DNA of 64,000 nt from contig JACRHP010000043.1 in the NCBI GenBank assembly GCA_016212005.1, positions 99 to 64,098 of the forward strand, in the 5' to 3' direction. Both the position numbers and the translations under genes were made by a program. How positions within the stretch are numbered: position 1 is the first letter of the stretch; the number at the start of each line of letters is the position of its first letter. The notes beneath the pieces were generated by a model, which was not told the origin of the DNA, made no database searches, and saw only the letters and a program-made list of their open reading frames with translations. Positions 52,539 through 61,472 of this stretch are shown here, piece by piece. Source of the DNA: Candidatus Omnitrophota bacterium (GTDB lineage Bacteria > Omnitrophota > Gorgyraeia > Zapsychrales > Zapsychraceae).

Positions 52539-52958
52539 ATGGGAGACCTGCTCGAAAATATTAATATCAAAGTCCTCATGGCTGAGGACGAAGCGGAGGT
52601 CCTGGACATTATGTCCCAAAAAATTGCCGCGGCCGGTTACACGGTCATCACCGCCAACGACGGCGAAGAGGCGTGGGAGAAGATCCAGAAAGAATCGCCG
52701 GATGTGATCATCCTGGATTTGATTATGCCCCGGACAAACGGTTTCGACGTCCTGCGCCGGGTGAGGGAGCATCCGGTCCCGGGCCGATGGCAGCCGGTCA
52801 TTATCGTTTCCGCCAAAAGGGAACTGGAAGACCTGCGGGAAGGTTACGCCCTGGACGCGGACCACTACATCACCAAGCCCTGCCAGGTCGACGATATCCT
52901 CAAGTCTATTAGTCTCATGGCGCGTCTTATCCCGCAGCGCCAGGCTGAAGGGCGCTGA
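52539..52958 (+). CDS. Stand-alone response regulator receiver (CheY-like)
   Basis: KVLMAEDE acidic pocket, phospho-acceptor in VIILDLIMPRTNGF, and conserved SAK and K-P (ITKP). Confidence 0.75.
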   Translation: MGDLLENINIKVLMAEDEAEVLDIMSQKIAAAGYTVITANDGEEAWEKIQKESPDVIILDLIMPRTNGFDVLRRVREHPVPGRWQPVIIVSAKRELEDLREGYALDADHYITKPCQVDDILKSISLMARLIPQRQAEGR

Positions 52959-52968
52959 CCGCCGGCCT

Positions 52969-53775
52969 ATGCAGATCATCTCCTTTCTCATTATTGCCGT
53001 GGTCGTGATGGCCGCCGGCGTGCGTTATCTGGAAAATCAATCTGTTTTTTATCCAGTCCGCGGTGTCGTTGCCACGCCCGCCGCCCTCGGCCTGCCGTTC
53101 GAGGATGTCTTTTTGAAAACGCGGGATAACGTCTCCATCCACGGCTGGCTGGTCAAATCCACGACGGCCAGAGGCATGCTCCTGTTCCTGCACGGCAACG
53201 CGGGCAATATCGGCGACCGGTTGGGAAAAATACAGATGTTCCACCAGATGGGCTTCCATGTTTTCATTATCGATTACCGTGGGTACGGAAAAAGCCAGGG
53301 GCGCCCGAGCGAAACCGGCATTTATCTGGATGCCCTGGCCGCTTACGATTATCTGCGCGGCCGTCCGGATATCGCTTCCAGCAAGATTGTCGGTTACGGC
53401 GAATCTCTCGGCGGGGCCGTCGTCGTTGACCTGGCTGCCAAAAGAGAGCTCGCCGCCTTGATCGTCGATTCTTCGTTCACCAACGCCGCCGACATGGCCA
53501 AACTCGTGTATCCTTTTGTCCCTTCTTTTTTGATCAAAACGAAGCTGGACTCCATCGGGAAAATCCGCGCTGTAACCGCCCCCAAGTTATTGCTCCACAG
53601 CCGTGAGGATGAGCTCGTCCCGTTCGCGTTGGGAGAGAAATTGTACCAGGCGGCCGCTGACCCCAAGGAATTTCTGGAGATCACCGGCGGGCACAATACC
53701 GGTTTCGACGGTTCACAGGAGAAAATGCTGCGGGGCGTAACCGATTTTTTGCGGCGTAACCGCGTCATCGAATAA
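52969..53775 (+). CDS. Alpha/beta hydrolase (S9/S33-like, BAAT/acyl-CoA thioester hydrolase-type)
   Basis: N-terminal TM, HGNAGN oxyanion region, nucleophile elbow GYGESLGG, and C-terminal D and H (GGHNT). Confidence 0.75.
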   Translation: MQIISFLIIAVVVMAAGVRYLENQSVFYPVRGVVATPAALGLPFEDVFLKTRDNVSIHGWLVKSTTARGMLLFLHGNAGNIGDRLGKIQMFHQMGFHVFIIDYRGYGKSQGRPSETGIYLDALAAYDYLRGRPDIASSKIVGYGESLGGAVVVDLAAKRELAALIVDSSFTNAADMAKLVYPFVPSFLIKTKLDSIGKIRAVTAPKLLLHSREDELVPFALGEKLYQAAADPKEFLEITGGHNTGFDGSQEKMLRGVTDFLRRNRVIE

Positions 53776-53797
53776 TCCGGGATAATGGACAAGCGGC

Positions 53798-55000
53798 ATG
53801 AATAAATTTTTAAGAGTTCATCAAAGGCAAATCATCCAGGAGAACGGTCAACCCGTTTTTTTGAAAGGCGTCAACTTCGGCGGCTGGCTGATGATGGAGG
53901 CGTACATCCTGGGCGCCCCTAATCGCCCTGAAAAGATGTTCCGCCGGGAATTCACGCGGCGTCTGGGGCCAAAGGCGATGGAGGGCTTCGACAGGGCCTT
54001 CCGGGAGAATTTTATCCGCGAGGACGATGTCCGCAAGGTCGCCGGGTGGGGGTTGAACTGCGTCCGCGTGCCGTTTCATTACCGCGTCCTTGAAGACGCG
54101 CCGTTTAGCTACCGCGGTGTTGGCTTGCGGTTTTTGGACAAAGTCATCGGCTGGGCCAGGAAACACAAGACATGGATCATCCTGGACCTGCACGCCGCGC
54201 CGGGCGCGCAGAACAAAGACTGGCACGCCGACAGCGACGGCACAGTGCTTTTCTGGGGCAACAAAAATTATCAGGAGCGGGTCTACGCTCTCTGGGAATT
54301 TCTCGCCGACCGGTATAAAGATGAAGAACAGATCGCCGGATACGACCTTTTGAATGAAGCGGTCACCGATAATGCGCGGATTTTGAACCGTTTTTATAAG
54401 ACGCTGATCAAGCGGATCCGGAAGATCGACCGTAAGCATATCCTTTTCGTGGAAGCCAACACCTGGGCGACGGACCTCGATTGTCTGGAAGAATTTGACG
54501 ACGATAACCACGCGTTAAGTATCCATAGTTACGACCCGCCGGCGCTGACGTTTAACTTTGTCCCCAACCGCCGGTATCCGTGTTTTAACGGCCCGGGCAG
54601 GTGTAATCCATCGACGCTGCGGCAGCACATGTCTCAATATGAACGGATTTCCCAAAAGCGGCGGGTGCCCATTTACTTGGGGGAGTTTGGCATCAATTAC
54701 CGGCAAGGGTTTTTCGGGGAGGACGGCTGGCTCAAGGACATGCTCGCGTGCTGCAAGGAATATCAATTCCACTGGACGTACTGGACGTACAAGACGGTCA
54801 AAAGCGGCATATTCCCCGACGGGGTCTTAAGTTATTACGACAACCCGGCGTGGGTCAACCGCGCCGGGCCGGCGAGCGGGCTGGAGGCGTACGCGTCCTG
54901 CTGGCCTTCCTTGCGCGAAGGAATGGTCCGTTCCTGGCGTAGCGACGCGTTTGAAATCAACACGCGCACCTTAAAGGCCCTGCGACATGCCGCGCGATAA
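53798..55000 (+). CDS. Glycoside hydrolase family 5
   Basis: GVNFGGWL, acid/base YDLLNE, nucleophile region YLGEFG, and HSYDP. Confidence 0.75.
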   Translation: MNKFLRVHQRQIIQENGQPVFLKGVNFGGWLMMEAYILGAPNRPEKMFRREFTRRLGPKAMEGFDRAFRENFIREDDVRKVAGWGLNCVRVPFHYRVLEDAPFSYRGVGLRFLDKVIGWARKHKTWIILDLHAAPGAQNKDWHADSDGTVLFWGNKNYQERVYALWEFLADRYKDEEQIAGYDLLNEAVTDNARILNRFYKTLIKRIRKIDRKHILFVEANTWATDLDCLEEFDDDNHALSIHSYDPPALTFNFVPNRRYPCFNGPGRCNPSTLRQHMSQYERISQKRRVPIYLGEFGINYRQGFFGEDGWLKDMLACCKEYQFHWTYWTYKTVKSGIFPDGVLSYYDNPAWVNRAGPASGLEAYASCWPSLREGMVRSWRSDAFEINTRTLKALRHAAR

Positions 55001-55793
55001 AATTACCAGCCTGACCAACCCGCGCGTCAAAGAGCTCGTCCGTCTGAGGACGGGAGGGTACCGCAAGAGTTCCGGCTTGACGGTTGTCGACGGGCCTCGT
55101 GAGGTCCTGCGCGCCCTGGAAGGCGGGGTCAAGTTCCGGGAATTTTATCTGTGCCCGGAATTGCTGGGGCCCGGGGAGGAAGAAAAACAGTTAAAGGTAA
55201 GATTGTCCGGCGCGGACGTTCCCGTATTTGAAGTCACCAAAATCGTTTTCGCCAAGATCGCTTACGGAGACCGACAGGAAGGAATATTGGGAATCTGCGA
55301 GATTCCTCACAGATCTTTAACGGGATTTCAGTTGCAATCAAATCCGCTGGTGGTCGTTATTGAGCACGTGGAGAAGCCCGGGAATCTTGGCGCGATCTTG
55401 CGCACGTGCGACGGCGCCGGGGTGGACGGCGTCCTTGTCTGCGACAGCCAGACGGACCTGTACAACCCCAACGTCATCCGCGCGAGCGTGGGGACGATCT
55501 TTACCGTCGCTGCGGTTCAGTGTTCGAACGACGAGGCCCTCCGCTTTTTGAGAAACAAAGGAATCAAGATCTGCACCGCGTCGCCGCAGGCACAAACAAT
55601 TTATACTCAAATGGATTTCTCCGGCCCGGTGGCCGTTGTCTTGGGCAGTGAGCAGGAGGGATTAAGCGATTTTTGGGAGAAGAACGCCGACCGGCTGGTG
55701 AAAATCCCGATGTTTGGGGCCGCGGATTCACTCAACGTTTCCACCTCCGCGGCGATCTTGATTTACGAAGTTGTCAGACAGAGATCAAGATAA
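54987..55793 (+). CDS. SpoU/TrmH-family RNA 2'-O-methyltransferase
   Basis: EKPGNLGAILRTCDGAG, GSEQEGLS and IPMFGAADSLNVSTSAAI. The start overlaps the GH5 stop by 14 nt. Confidence 0.75.
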   Translation: MPRDKITSLTNPRVKELVRLRTGGYRKSSGLTVVDGPREVLRALEGGVKFREFYLCPELLGPGEEEKQLKVRLSGADVPVFEVTKIVFAKIAYGDRQEGILGICEIPHRSLTGFQLQSNPLVVVIEHVEKPGNLGAILRTCDGAGVDGVLVCDSQTDLYNPNVIRASVGTIFTVAAVQCSNDEALRFLRNKGIKICTASPQAQTIYTQMDFSGPVAVVLGSEQEGLSDFWEKNADRLVKIPMFGAADSLNVSTSAAILIYEVVRQRSR

Positions 55794-55796
55794 ACT

Positions 55797-55921
55797 CGAA
55801 ATACGAAACCCGAAATCCGAAACAATACCAAAATTCAAATATTAAAAATTTTAAACAGTTGGTTTAGGTCATTGTAATTTAGAGCTTTAGATTTGTTTCG
55901 TATTGCGTGCTTCGGATTTCG
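55797..55921. repeat. Split period-7 inverted repeat (CGAAA subfamily) between the trmH-like and pseudouridine synthase genes
   Basis: Left arm is cgaaata cgaaacc cgaaatc cgaaaca a (55797-55825). Right arm is ttgtttcg tattgcg tgcttcg gatttcg (55893-55921). The spacer is AT-rich and about 67 nt. Confidence 0.6.
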
Positions 55922-55934
55922 AATTTTTAAATTA

Positions 55935-56738
55935 ATGCAAAATAATTTAATACGGCTGCAGGTTTTTCTGTCCCGCAACGGTGTCTGTTCCCGGCGCAAA
56001 GCCTTGGGCCTGGTCACGGGCGGTCGCGTGAGCGTCAACGGCCGGCCGGTGGTCGAGCCCTCGACACCGGTCGACCCGGCCAAAGACAAGATCTGCGTCG
56101 ACGGCAAGGCCGTCGCGGCCAAGGCGTACACGTACATTCTTTTTAACAAGCCGCAAGGGTGTGTCACGACCCGTGAAGACCGTTTCGCGGAGAAAACGGT
56201 CTTTGATTTGCTGCCGGCGGAATTTCGTCATTTGGTGCCTGTGGGGCGGCTGGACAAAGACACGGAAGGGCTGCTGCTTTTGACCAACGACGGCGACCTG
56301 ACCCACCGCCTGACGCACCCGAGCTTTGGCGTTGACAAGACGTACCGGGTCAAAATGACCGGGACGCTGGAGGCAAAAGACCGGGAGGCGTTGGAAAAAG
56401 GGGTCGTGATCGAGGGCCGGCGCACCGCGCCCGCCCGGGTCCAGGACGTGCGCCGTTCGGGGGGCGGGACGGAATTGACCATCACGATCCACGAAGGGCG
56501 CAAGCGCCAGGTCCGGCTGATGGCCGCGGCCGTCGGTAGAAAAGTCATTTATTTGCAGCGTGTCGCCCAGGGGCCGCTGCGGCTTGGCGGCCTTCAGGCC
56601 GGCCGCTGGAGAGAATTAACGGGAAACGAGATCCAGGGTTTGAGGAAAATTCCGGCCGGCCGCAGGTTCCCGCGGGTTTCCCGCGGGAACAATCCGGGGG
56701 CGGCGGAGGAAAAGAATTCCGGCCGGCAATCCGGGTAA
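55935..56738 (+). CDS. RsuA/RluB-family pseudouridine synthase with S4 domain
   Basis: ATG 55935 (MQNNLIRLQVFLSRNGVCSRRKA, the S4 domain). Catalytic motif VGRLDKDTEGLLLLTNDG. Confidence 0.8.
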   Translation: MQNNLIRLQVFLSRNGVCSRRKALGLVTGGRVSVNGRPVVEPSTPVDPAKDKICVDGKAVAAKAYTYILFNKPQGCVTTREDRFAEKTVFDLLPAEFRHLVPVGRLDKDTEGLLLLTNDGDLTHRLTHPSFGVDKTYRVKMTGTLEAKDREALEKGVVIEGRRTAPARVQDVRRSGGGTELTITIHEGRKRQVRLMAAAVGRKVIYLQRVAQGPLRLGGLQAGRWRELTGNEIQGLRKIPAGRRFPRVSRGNNPGAAEEKNSGRQSG

Positions 56739-56747
56739 GGCAAAAAA

Positions 56748-58691
56748 ATGGTCATTCTTAACAATCTGACAATGGGGTTTTCGCAGCGGACGCTGTTCAA
56801 GGACGTGTCGCTGAGCATTTTCAAGAACGAGAAAATCGGTTTGACCGGGCCCAACGGGGCGGGCAAGACGACCTTGTTCTCGATCATCCGCGGGGAGATG
56901 GAACCCGTCGCCGGCTTTGTGCAGGTCCAGAAAAATATCCACGTCGGGTACCTCCCGCAGGAAGCGCATTTCGCTTCCACGAAGACCGTGATGGAAGAGA
57001 TCACCGAAGGCGACGAGCGCATCGCGGCCCTGATGGAAGAAAAGCGCAAGATCGAAGACGCCGGCAAGGCGGACAGCCCCCGCTACGGCGATGTCGTCGC
57101 GCAGCTCGAAGGGATGGGCATTTACGACCTGGAACACACGGCCGAGAAAATCCTCGTCGGGCTGGGTTTTAAGGAAACGGATTTCCACCGGCCCGTCGCT
57201 GAATTAAGCGGCGGCTGGCAGATGCGCGTGCTCCTGGCCAAATTGCTCACGTGTCCTTTTGACCTGCTGCTCCTGGACGAGCCGACCAACCACCTGGACC
57301 TGGAGGCGACGCTTTGGCTGAAGGATTTCCTGAAAAATTACGACGGGGCGTTTGTCCTGATCTCCCACGACCGCGTCTTGCTCAACGAGGTCACCAATTA
57401 CACGATCATCCTGGAAGGGTCCCGGATGACCAAGCTCCGGGGCAATTACGAGACCTACGAAGAGCAGAAGGGGATCCAGAAAAAGACCCTGGAGAAGCAG
57501 CAGAAGGTCATCGAGAAAAAGCGCGACCAGCTTGAGCGTTTTGCCCAGCGGTTCCACGCGCAGCCCAACCGGGCCTCGGCGGTGCGCAACAAGCGCAAGA
57601 TGCTCGAGCGCCTCGAGCAGGTCGATGTGCCCCAGGAACACAAAAGTATCGGTGAGTTCGAGTTCTCCGGCGTGCGCCAGGGCGGTTACGTCGTCGCCCG
57701 TGCCGGGAAGATCGGCAAGTCTTACGGCGAGCGGCGCGTTTATCAGGACCTGGATCTTGAGATCATCCGAGGCCAGAAAATTTGTCTGGTCGGGCCCAAC
57801 GGCGCGGGTAAATCGACGCTTCTTAAAATGCTCGCCGGCGTCCTGCCGCCGGATGCCGGGACGGTCCAGTACGGCCATGAAGTCAGCGTCGGATATTTTT
57901 CGCAGAAGCGCCTGGATGTGCTCGACCCCAACCGCAATGTCCTGGATGAATTGATGGTCTGCGCGCAGCAGGGGACACCCGCCTTGAAAGCGCGGGGACT
58001 GCTGGGGCTGTTTAATTTTCACGGGGACGACGTGTTCAAGCAGGTCAAGGTCCTCTCCGGCGGGGAAAAAAGCCGGCTTATCCTGGCGAAACTTTTGATC
58101 AACCCGCCCAATTTTATGTGCCTGGATGAGCCCACGACCCACCTGGACGTCGACGGTGTCAAGGCTTTAACGATGGCGTTCCAGGAATTTGGTGGGACAT
58201 TGTGTTTTATCAGCCACGATCTGTATTTTATCAAAGAGATCGCGACAACCATCGTAGAAACGCAGAACGGGCAACTCAAAACGTATCTCGGCGGGCTGGA
58301 TTATTATCTGGAGAAAAGACGCGAGCAAGCCGCGCAGGACCAGCACGTTTCAGCTAAAGCCGACGCGGACCGCAAGAAGAAAGAAAAGTCGGCCAAATCT
58401 CACGATACGGCGATGCCGCCTCACTTGAAGGCACTGCACGACCGGCATCAGCAGGCGCTCAAAAGGGTCAAAGAGATCAAAAACACCATCAAGGAGCTGG
58501 AGCAGGAGCGCAAAGATCTCGAAACTGAAAGCTACATCAAGGGCCGCAGCCTTTCCGAGGCGTTCGGCCGGGACCCGGCAACGCTCAAGGAATACGGCCA
58601 GCGGTTGAAAGCGATCCAGGCGCGGCTGCGTGAGATCGAAAGCACTCTTAAAAAGCTTGAGGAAGAGAAGGAAAGGATTGAGAAAGCGTGA
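56748..58691 (+). CDS. ABC-F family ATPase (translation-associated, Uup/EttA-like)
   Basis: Two ABC cassettes (GPNGAGKTT and GPNGAGKST; LSGGWQMR and LSGGEKSR), no TM domain, and a charged coiled-coil C-terminal extension. Confidence 0.85.
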   Translation: MVILNNLTMGFSQRTLFKDVSLSIFKNEKIGLTGPNGAGKTTLFSIIRGEMEPVAGFVQVQKNIHVGYLPQEAHFASTKTVMEEITEGDERIAALMEEKRKIEDAGKADSPRYGDVVAQLEGMGIYDLEHTAEKILVGLGFKETDFHRPVAELSGGWQMRVLLAKLLTCPFDLLLLDEPTNHLDLEATLWLKDFLKNYDGAFVLISHDRVLLNEVTNYTIILEGSRMTKLRGNYETYEEQKGIQKKTLEKQQKVIEKKRDQLERFAQRFHAQPNRASAVRNKRKMLERLEQVDVPQEHKSIGEFEFSGVRQGGYVVARAGKIGKSYGERRVYQDLDLEIIRGQKICLVGPNGAGKSTLLKMLAGVLPPDAGTVQYGHEVSVGYFSQKRLDVLDPNRNVLDELMVCAQQGTPALKARGLLGLFNFHGDDVFKQVKVLSGGEKSRLILAKLLINPPNFMCLDEPTTHLDVDGVKALTMAFQEFGGTLCFISHDLYFIKEIATTIVETQNGQLKTYLGGLDYYLEKRREQAAQDQHVSAKADADRKKKEKSAKSHDTAMPPHLKALHDRHQQALKRVKEIKNTIKELEQERKDLETESYIKGRSLSEAFGRDPATLKEYGQRLKAIQARLREIESTLKKLEEEKERIEKA

Positions 58692-58710
58692 TATATTAAG
58701 AGTGAAAGTT

Positions 58711-59202
58711 ATGAATAATTTTCTTAAACCAGGAAGTCTCGTACATCGTACATTGTCCATCGTACATCGAAGTACGAAGCACAATCAACGATGGACGTGC
58801 ATTTTGATAATTACATTTTTTTTCGCCGGCTGCGCCAAGATTGCGCACATGGACCAGCTTTTGACGCTTAAGGCTGTTTCCGACGAGCAAACGCAGATGG
58901 GCAAAGAGATCAAGCGCCAGGATGCGAAGTTTGAACGTCTTGTTGCCGCTGTTGAGGAAGGTTTAATTGCTAAGTATAAAAGTCAGAAAAGCGTCTCCGG
59001 GGAATTCGGCCAACCGGTTTATGTCTGGCAGACCGACGATGATGGGCAGTCGCTCGAGGTCTGGGCCTACCGCTACGCCGCGCAATTTTTTGGTTCTCCG
59101 AAAGTTTATCTCTACTGGAACCAGTCGGGAGAGTTGGTCCGGTGGGAATATCAAGGAGGGAAAAATGGGAAAAACGAGCAAGAAGCCGCGCCAAAAATTT
59201 GA
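58711..59202 (+). CDS. Lipoprotein, unknown function
   Basis: ATG 58711. Lipobox FFFAGC. The N-terminal 28 codons are encoded by a heptad repeat (58741-58798), so the true start is uncertain. Confidence 0.45.
   Translation: MNNFLKPGSLVHRTLSIVHRSTKHNQRWTCILIITFFFAGCAKIAHMDQLLTLKAVSDEQTQMGKEIKRQDAKFERLVAAVEEGLIAKYKSQKSVSGEFGQPVYVWQTDDDGQSLEVWAYRYAAQFFGSPKVYLYWNQSGELVRWEYQGGKNGKNEQEAAPKI
58741..58798. repeat. Period-7 tandem repeat (CGTACAT subfamily) with internal stems
   Basis: cgtacat cgtacat tgtccat cgtacat cgaagta cgaagca caatcaa cgatgga cg. GTCCATCGT pairs with ACGATGGAC, and TCGTAC pairs with GTACGA. Confidence 0.55.
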
Positions 59203-59299
59203 CCCCAAGAAATTCAGCGCCCCGGAAGGACCCCCCGTTAAAAAGGAGAAAGACTGGTCGTTTGATGATATCGTGCGCTCCAAAACTCATCGGCGTTAG
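59175..59299 (+). CDS. Small basic protein (41 aa), unknown function
   Basis: Strong SD AAGGAGGG lies 5 nt before ATG 59175. Sequence MGKTSKKPRQKFDPKKFSAPEGPPVKKEKDWSFDDIVRSKTHRR. It overlaps the upstream gene by 28 nt and abuts the next gene's start. Confidence 0.35.
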
Positions 59300-59301
59300 T
59301 G

Positions 59302-60054
59302 ATGGACCGCAAGACAAAGACCATCCTTGTCCAGATTTATCAGAAGTTATATAAAAAGTTCGGTCCGCAGCGCTGGTGGCCGGCGCAGACGCAGTTCGAG
59401 GTGATCGTCGGCGCCATCCTGACCCAGAACACCAACTGGGGCAACGTCGAGAAAGCCATCCATCGTCTAAAAGCTGCCGGAGTGCTCTCGGCGCGCGTCC
59501 TGCGCGATATCTCTGTCACGAAGCTCGCCGCGCTCATCAAACCCGCCGGTTATTTCAACGTTAAAGCCCAGCGTCTTAAGAATTTCATGCGGTTTCTGTT
59601 CGATGAATACGATGGCAATCTCAAGACGCTGGGAGGTGAGGAATTATCGCATCTGCGGCACAAACTTTTGAAGGTCAACGGCATCGGGCCCGAGACCGCG
59701 GATTCCATTTTGCTTTACGCGCTCGACAAGCCCGTCTTTGTCGTCGACGCGTATAGCAAACGGTTCCTCTATCGGCATAATCTTATTGACCGTAATGCTG
59801 ATTATCACCAGATCCAAGAGTTGTTCATGGGGTATTTTGACCACGATACGGCGATGTTCAACGAATATCATGCCCTGATCGTGGCGCTGGGAAAGAATTA
59901 CTGCAAGCCGAACCCTTCCTGTGATCGTTGCCCTTTGAACCGTACTCAATATTCTCTCACATTTAAATGCGGCTCCTGCCACCGCGCGTTTTTAAAAGGC
60001 GAGAAGCGGATCGCAGAAAAATCCGGCTTTCTTTGTTCTGAGTGTCGGGTGTAG
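59302..60054 (+). CDS. Endonuclease III-like HhH-GPD domain protein with C-terminal Cys-rich extension
   Basis: WWPAQTQFEVIVGAILTQNTNW, HhH motif GIGPETADSILLYA, and a C-terminal Cys cluster (CKPNPSCDRCPL, CGSC, CSEC). Confidence 0.75.
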   Translation: MDRKTKTILVQIYQKLYKKFGPQRWWPAQTQFEVIVGAILTQNTNWGNVEKAIHRLKAAGVLSARVLRDISVTKLAALIKPAGYFNVKAQRLKNFMRFLFDEYDGNLKTLGGEELSHLRHKLLKVNGIGPETADSILLYALDKPVFVVDAYSKRFLYRHNLIDRNADYHQIQELFMGYFDHDTAMFNEYHALIVALGKNYCKPNPSCDRCPLNRTQYSLTFKCGSCHRAFLKGEKRIAEKSGFLCSECRV

Positions 60055-60163
60055 AATTCTTTGTCTGACATCCACACAAATGAGCGCTATAAGAAAATAC
60101 GTTGCGGTAAAGGCCGCGCTCCCCTGCAGGATCCCTTGAACTTTAAAACTTGAAGGAGTTGCC

Positions 60164-61057
60164 ATGGATTACCAAGAATTTCCCGAGGACGAACTGACGG
60201 AACTTTTGTTGACGGAGGAAGACCGCCTGCCGCGGGCGGCGGTGGATGAGTTCATCCGCCGCGGGGACAAGATGATCCCGTTTCTGGAGGAGATTGTCTC
60301 CGATCAGTTCCACTGGACCCGGGACGTCCCGAAGTGGTGGGCGGTGGTCCACGCCGCCTTCATCCTCGGCGCCATCGGCACGAAAACAACGATTATCCCG
60401 CTTTTGCGCGCCCTACGCTGGGCCGACGCCTTTGACTGCGACTGGGTGACCGAGGCGCTGCCGGCCATTTTCGGCAGGATAGGATCCGCGGCAATTCTAC
60501 CGCTTAAAACAATGGCAGTGGATCGGACGAACGGGTGTTATACCCGATCTATAGCCATGGAGGGGCTTGGACTGATCGCCTGGCGCAATCCCGGCACGAA
60601 AGAGGAAATCAGCGCTTTTATCTATTCAATATTTTCGGATAAAAACAATGACCTGGATGTGCGGCAGTCCGCCGGAAGTACGCTTCTTGACCTGGGGTGC
60701 CCGCAATACCGGGAACCGCTTCTGGCCTTTGGCCGGCAGGAAAAAGAGCTCAAACGCCAGAATAAATTCTACCTCGCTCATTTCTTTGACGATGACGTTG
60801 AGAAGGCGTTTAAGGCCGGCGGGAAGAACATGAAAGATTTCGACAGGGACTGGCTGTCGTTTTATGACGAGGACGAGATCCGGAAGCGTCAGAAAAGGTG
60901 GGAAGAGGAGAAAGAAAGCGAGCCGGAAGAAGAGGATCCGGGGAGGTTGATAACCTCCGGCGAGCGGCCCTATGTCAGGCAGACATTCACGGGAAGAAAC
61001 GACCCCTGCCCGTGCGGGAGCGGAAAGAAGTACAAGAAGTGCTGTCTCGGGAAATAA
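60164..61057 (+). CDS. DUF1186-like protein with C-terminal SEC-C zinc motif
   Basis: C-terminal [16 protein letters not shown] (SEC-C motif). The N-terminal helical-repeat region resembles DUF1186. Confidence 0.7.
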   Translation: MDYQEFPEDELTELLLTEEDRLPRAAVDEFIRRGDKMIPFLEEIVSDQFHWTRDVPKWWAVVHAAFILGAIGTKTTIIPLLRALRWADAFDCDWVTEALPAIFGRIGSAAILPLKTMAVDRTNGCYTRSIAMEGLGLIAWRNPGTKEEISAFIYSIFSDKNNDLDVRQSAGSTLLDLGCPQYREPLLAFGRQEKELKRQNKFYLAHFFDDDVEKAFKAGGKNMKDFDRDWLSFYDEDEIRKRQKRWEEEKESEPEEEDPGRLITSGERPYVRQTFTGRNDPCPCGSGKKYKKCCLGK

Positions 61058-61190
61058 ATCCCGCGGCGGGGTTCATTTATGACATGCAGACACGACTATA
61101 AAAATGCGATACAAATCGGCAGTGTGGATTACGTGTGCCCGTTATGCAAACAAGCATTGGATCCCCTGGAGTGGTTTTTGATGAACAGTT

Positions 61191-61427
61191 TTGAGTTTGG
61201 CGATGTTGTCCCTGATGCAGGGTTACCTGTCGGATGTCAAAAGCGAATTATTTCGGGAATCATCGCGTTTGTCGCCGGCCGCGCTTTGCCGGCGCATGAA
61301 TATTGCCGAGGGGCCCGATGAATATCTGAAACCCCAAAATGCCGGGCTGCTGTTTTTCAGCGATGATCCGGAAAAATTTTTTCCCGGCGCGCGGATCGAT
61401 GTGGTTGAATTCGTAAATGACAAGTAA
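61191..61427 (+). pseudogene. Fragment of an AlbA_2/Schlafen-type (divergent AAA-associated) DNA-binding protein
   Basis: NAGLLFFSDDPEKFFPGARIDVVEF matches the end of the AlbA_2 domain. The ORF is only 78 aa with no recognisable N- or C-terminal partner domains. It sits at the GC-to-AT composition boundary. Confidence 0.4.
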
Positions 61428-61438
61428 AATTTGGCGCG

Positions 61439-61466
61439 TTGACAAATACAAACCATGTAGTACAAT
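61439..61466 (+). promoter_or_regulatory. Sigma70-like promoter of the TetR gene, probably leaderless
   Basis: TTGACA (61439-61444), 16 nt, then TACAAT (61461-61466). The ATG at 61473 lies 6 nt after the -10 box and no SD is present. Confidence 0.5.
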
Positions 61467-61472
61467 TCAAGT

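Noticed and set aside
22287-58798. Heptad-repeat loci as CRISPR arrays
   Set aside because: The repeat unit is only 7 nt and degenerate, with no unique spacers. Loci are 30-130 nt long. There are no cas genes in the window.
61079-61321. 80-aa ORF beginning MTCRHDYKNAIQIGSVDYVCPLCKQ as a zinc-ribbon gene
   Set aside because: It has only one clear CxxC pair, overlaps the AlbA_2 fragment ORF, and has no RBS. I treated it as part of the boundary debris rather than a gene.
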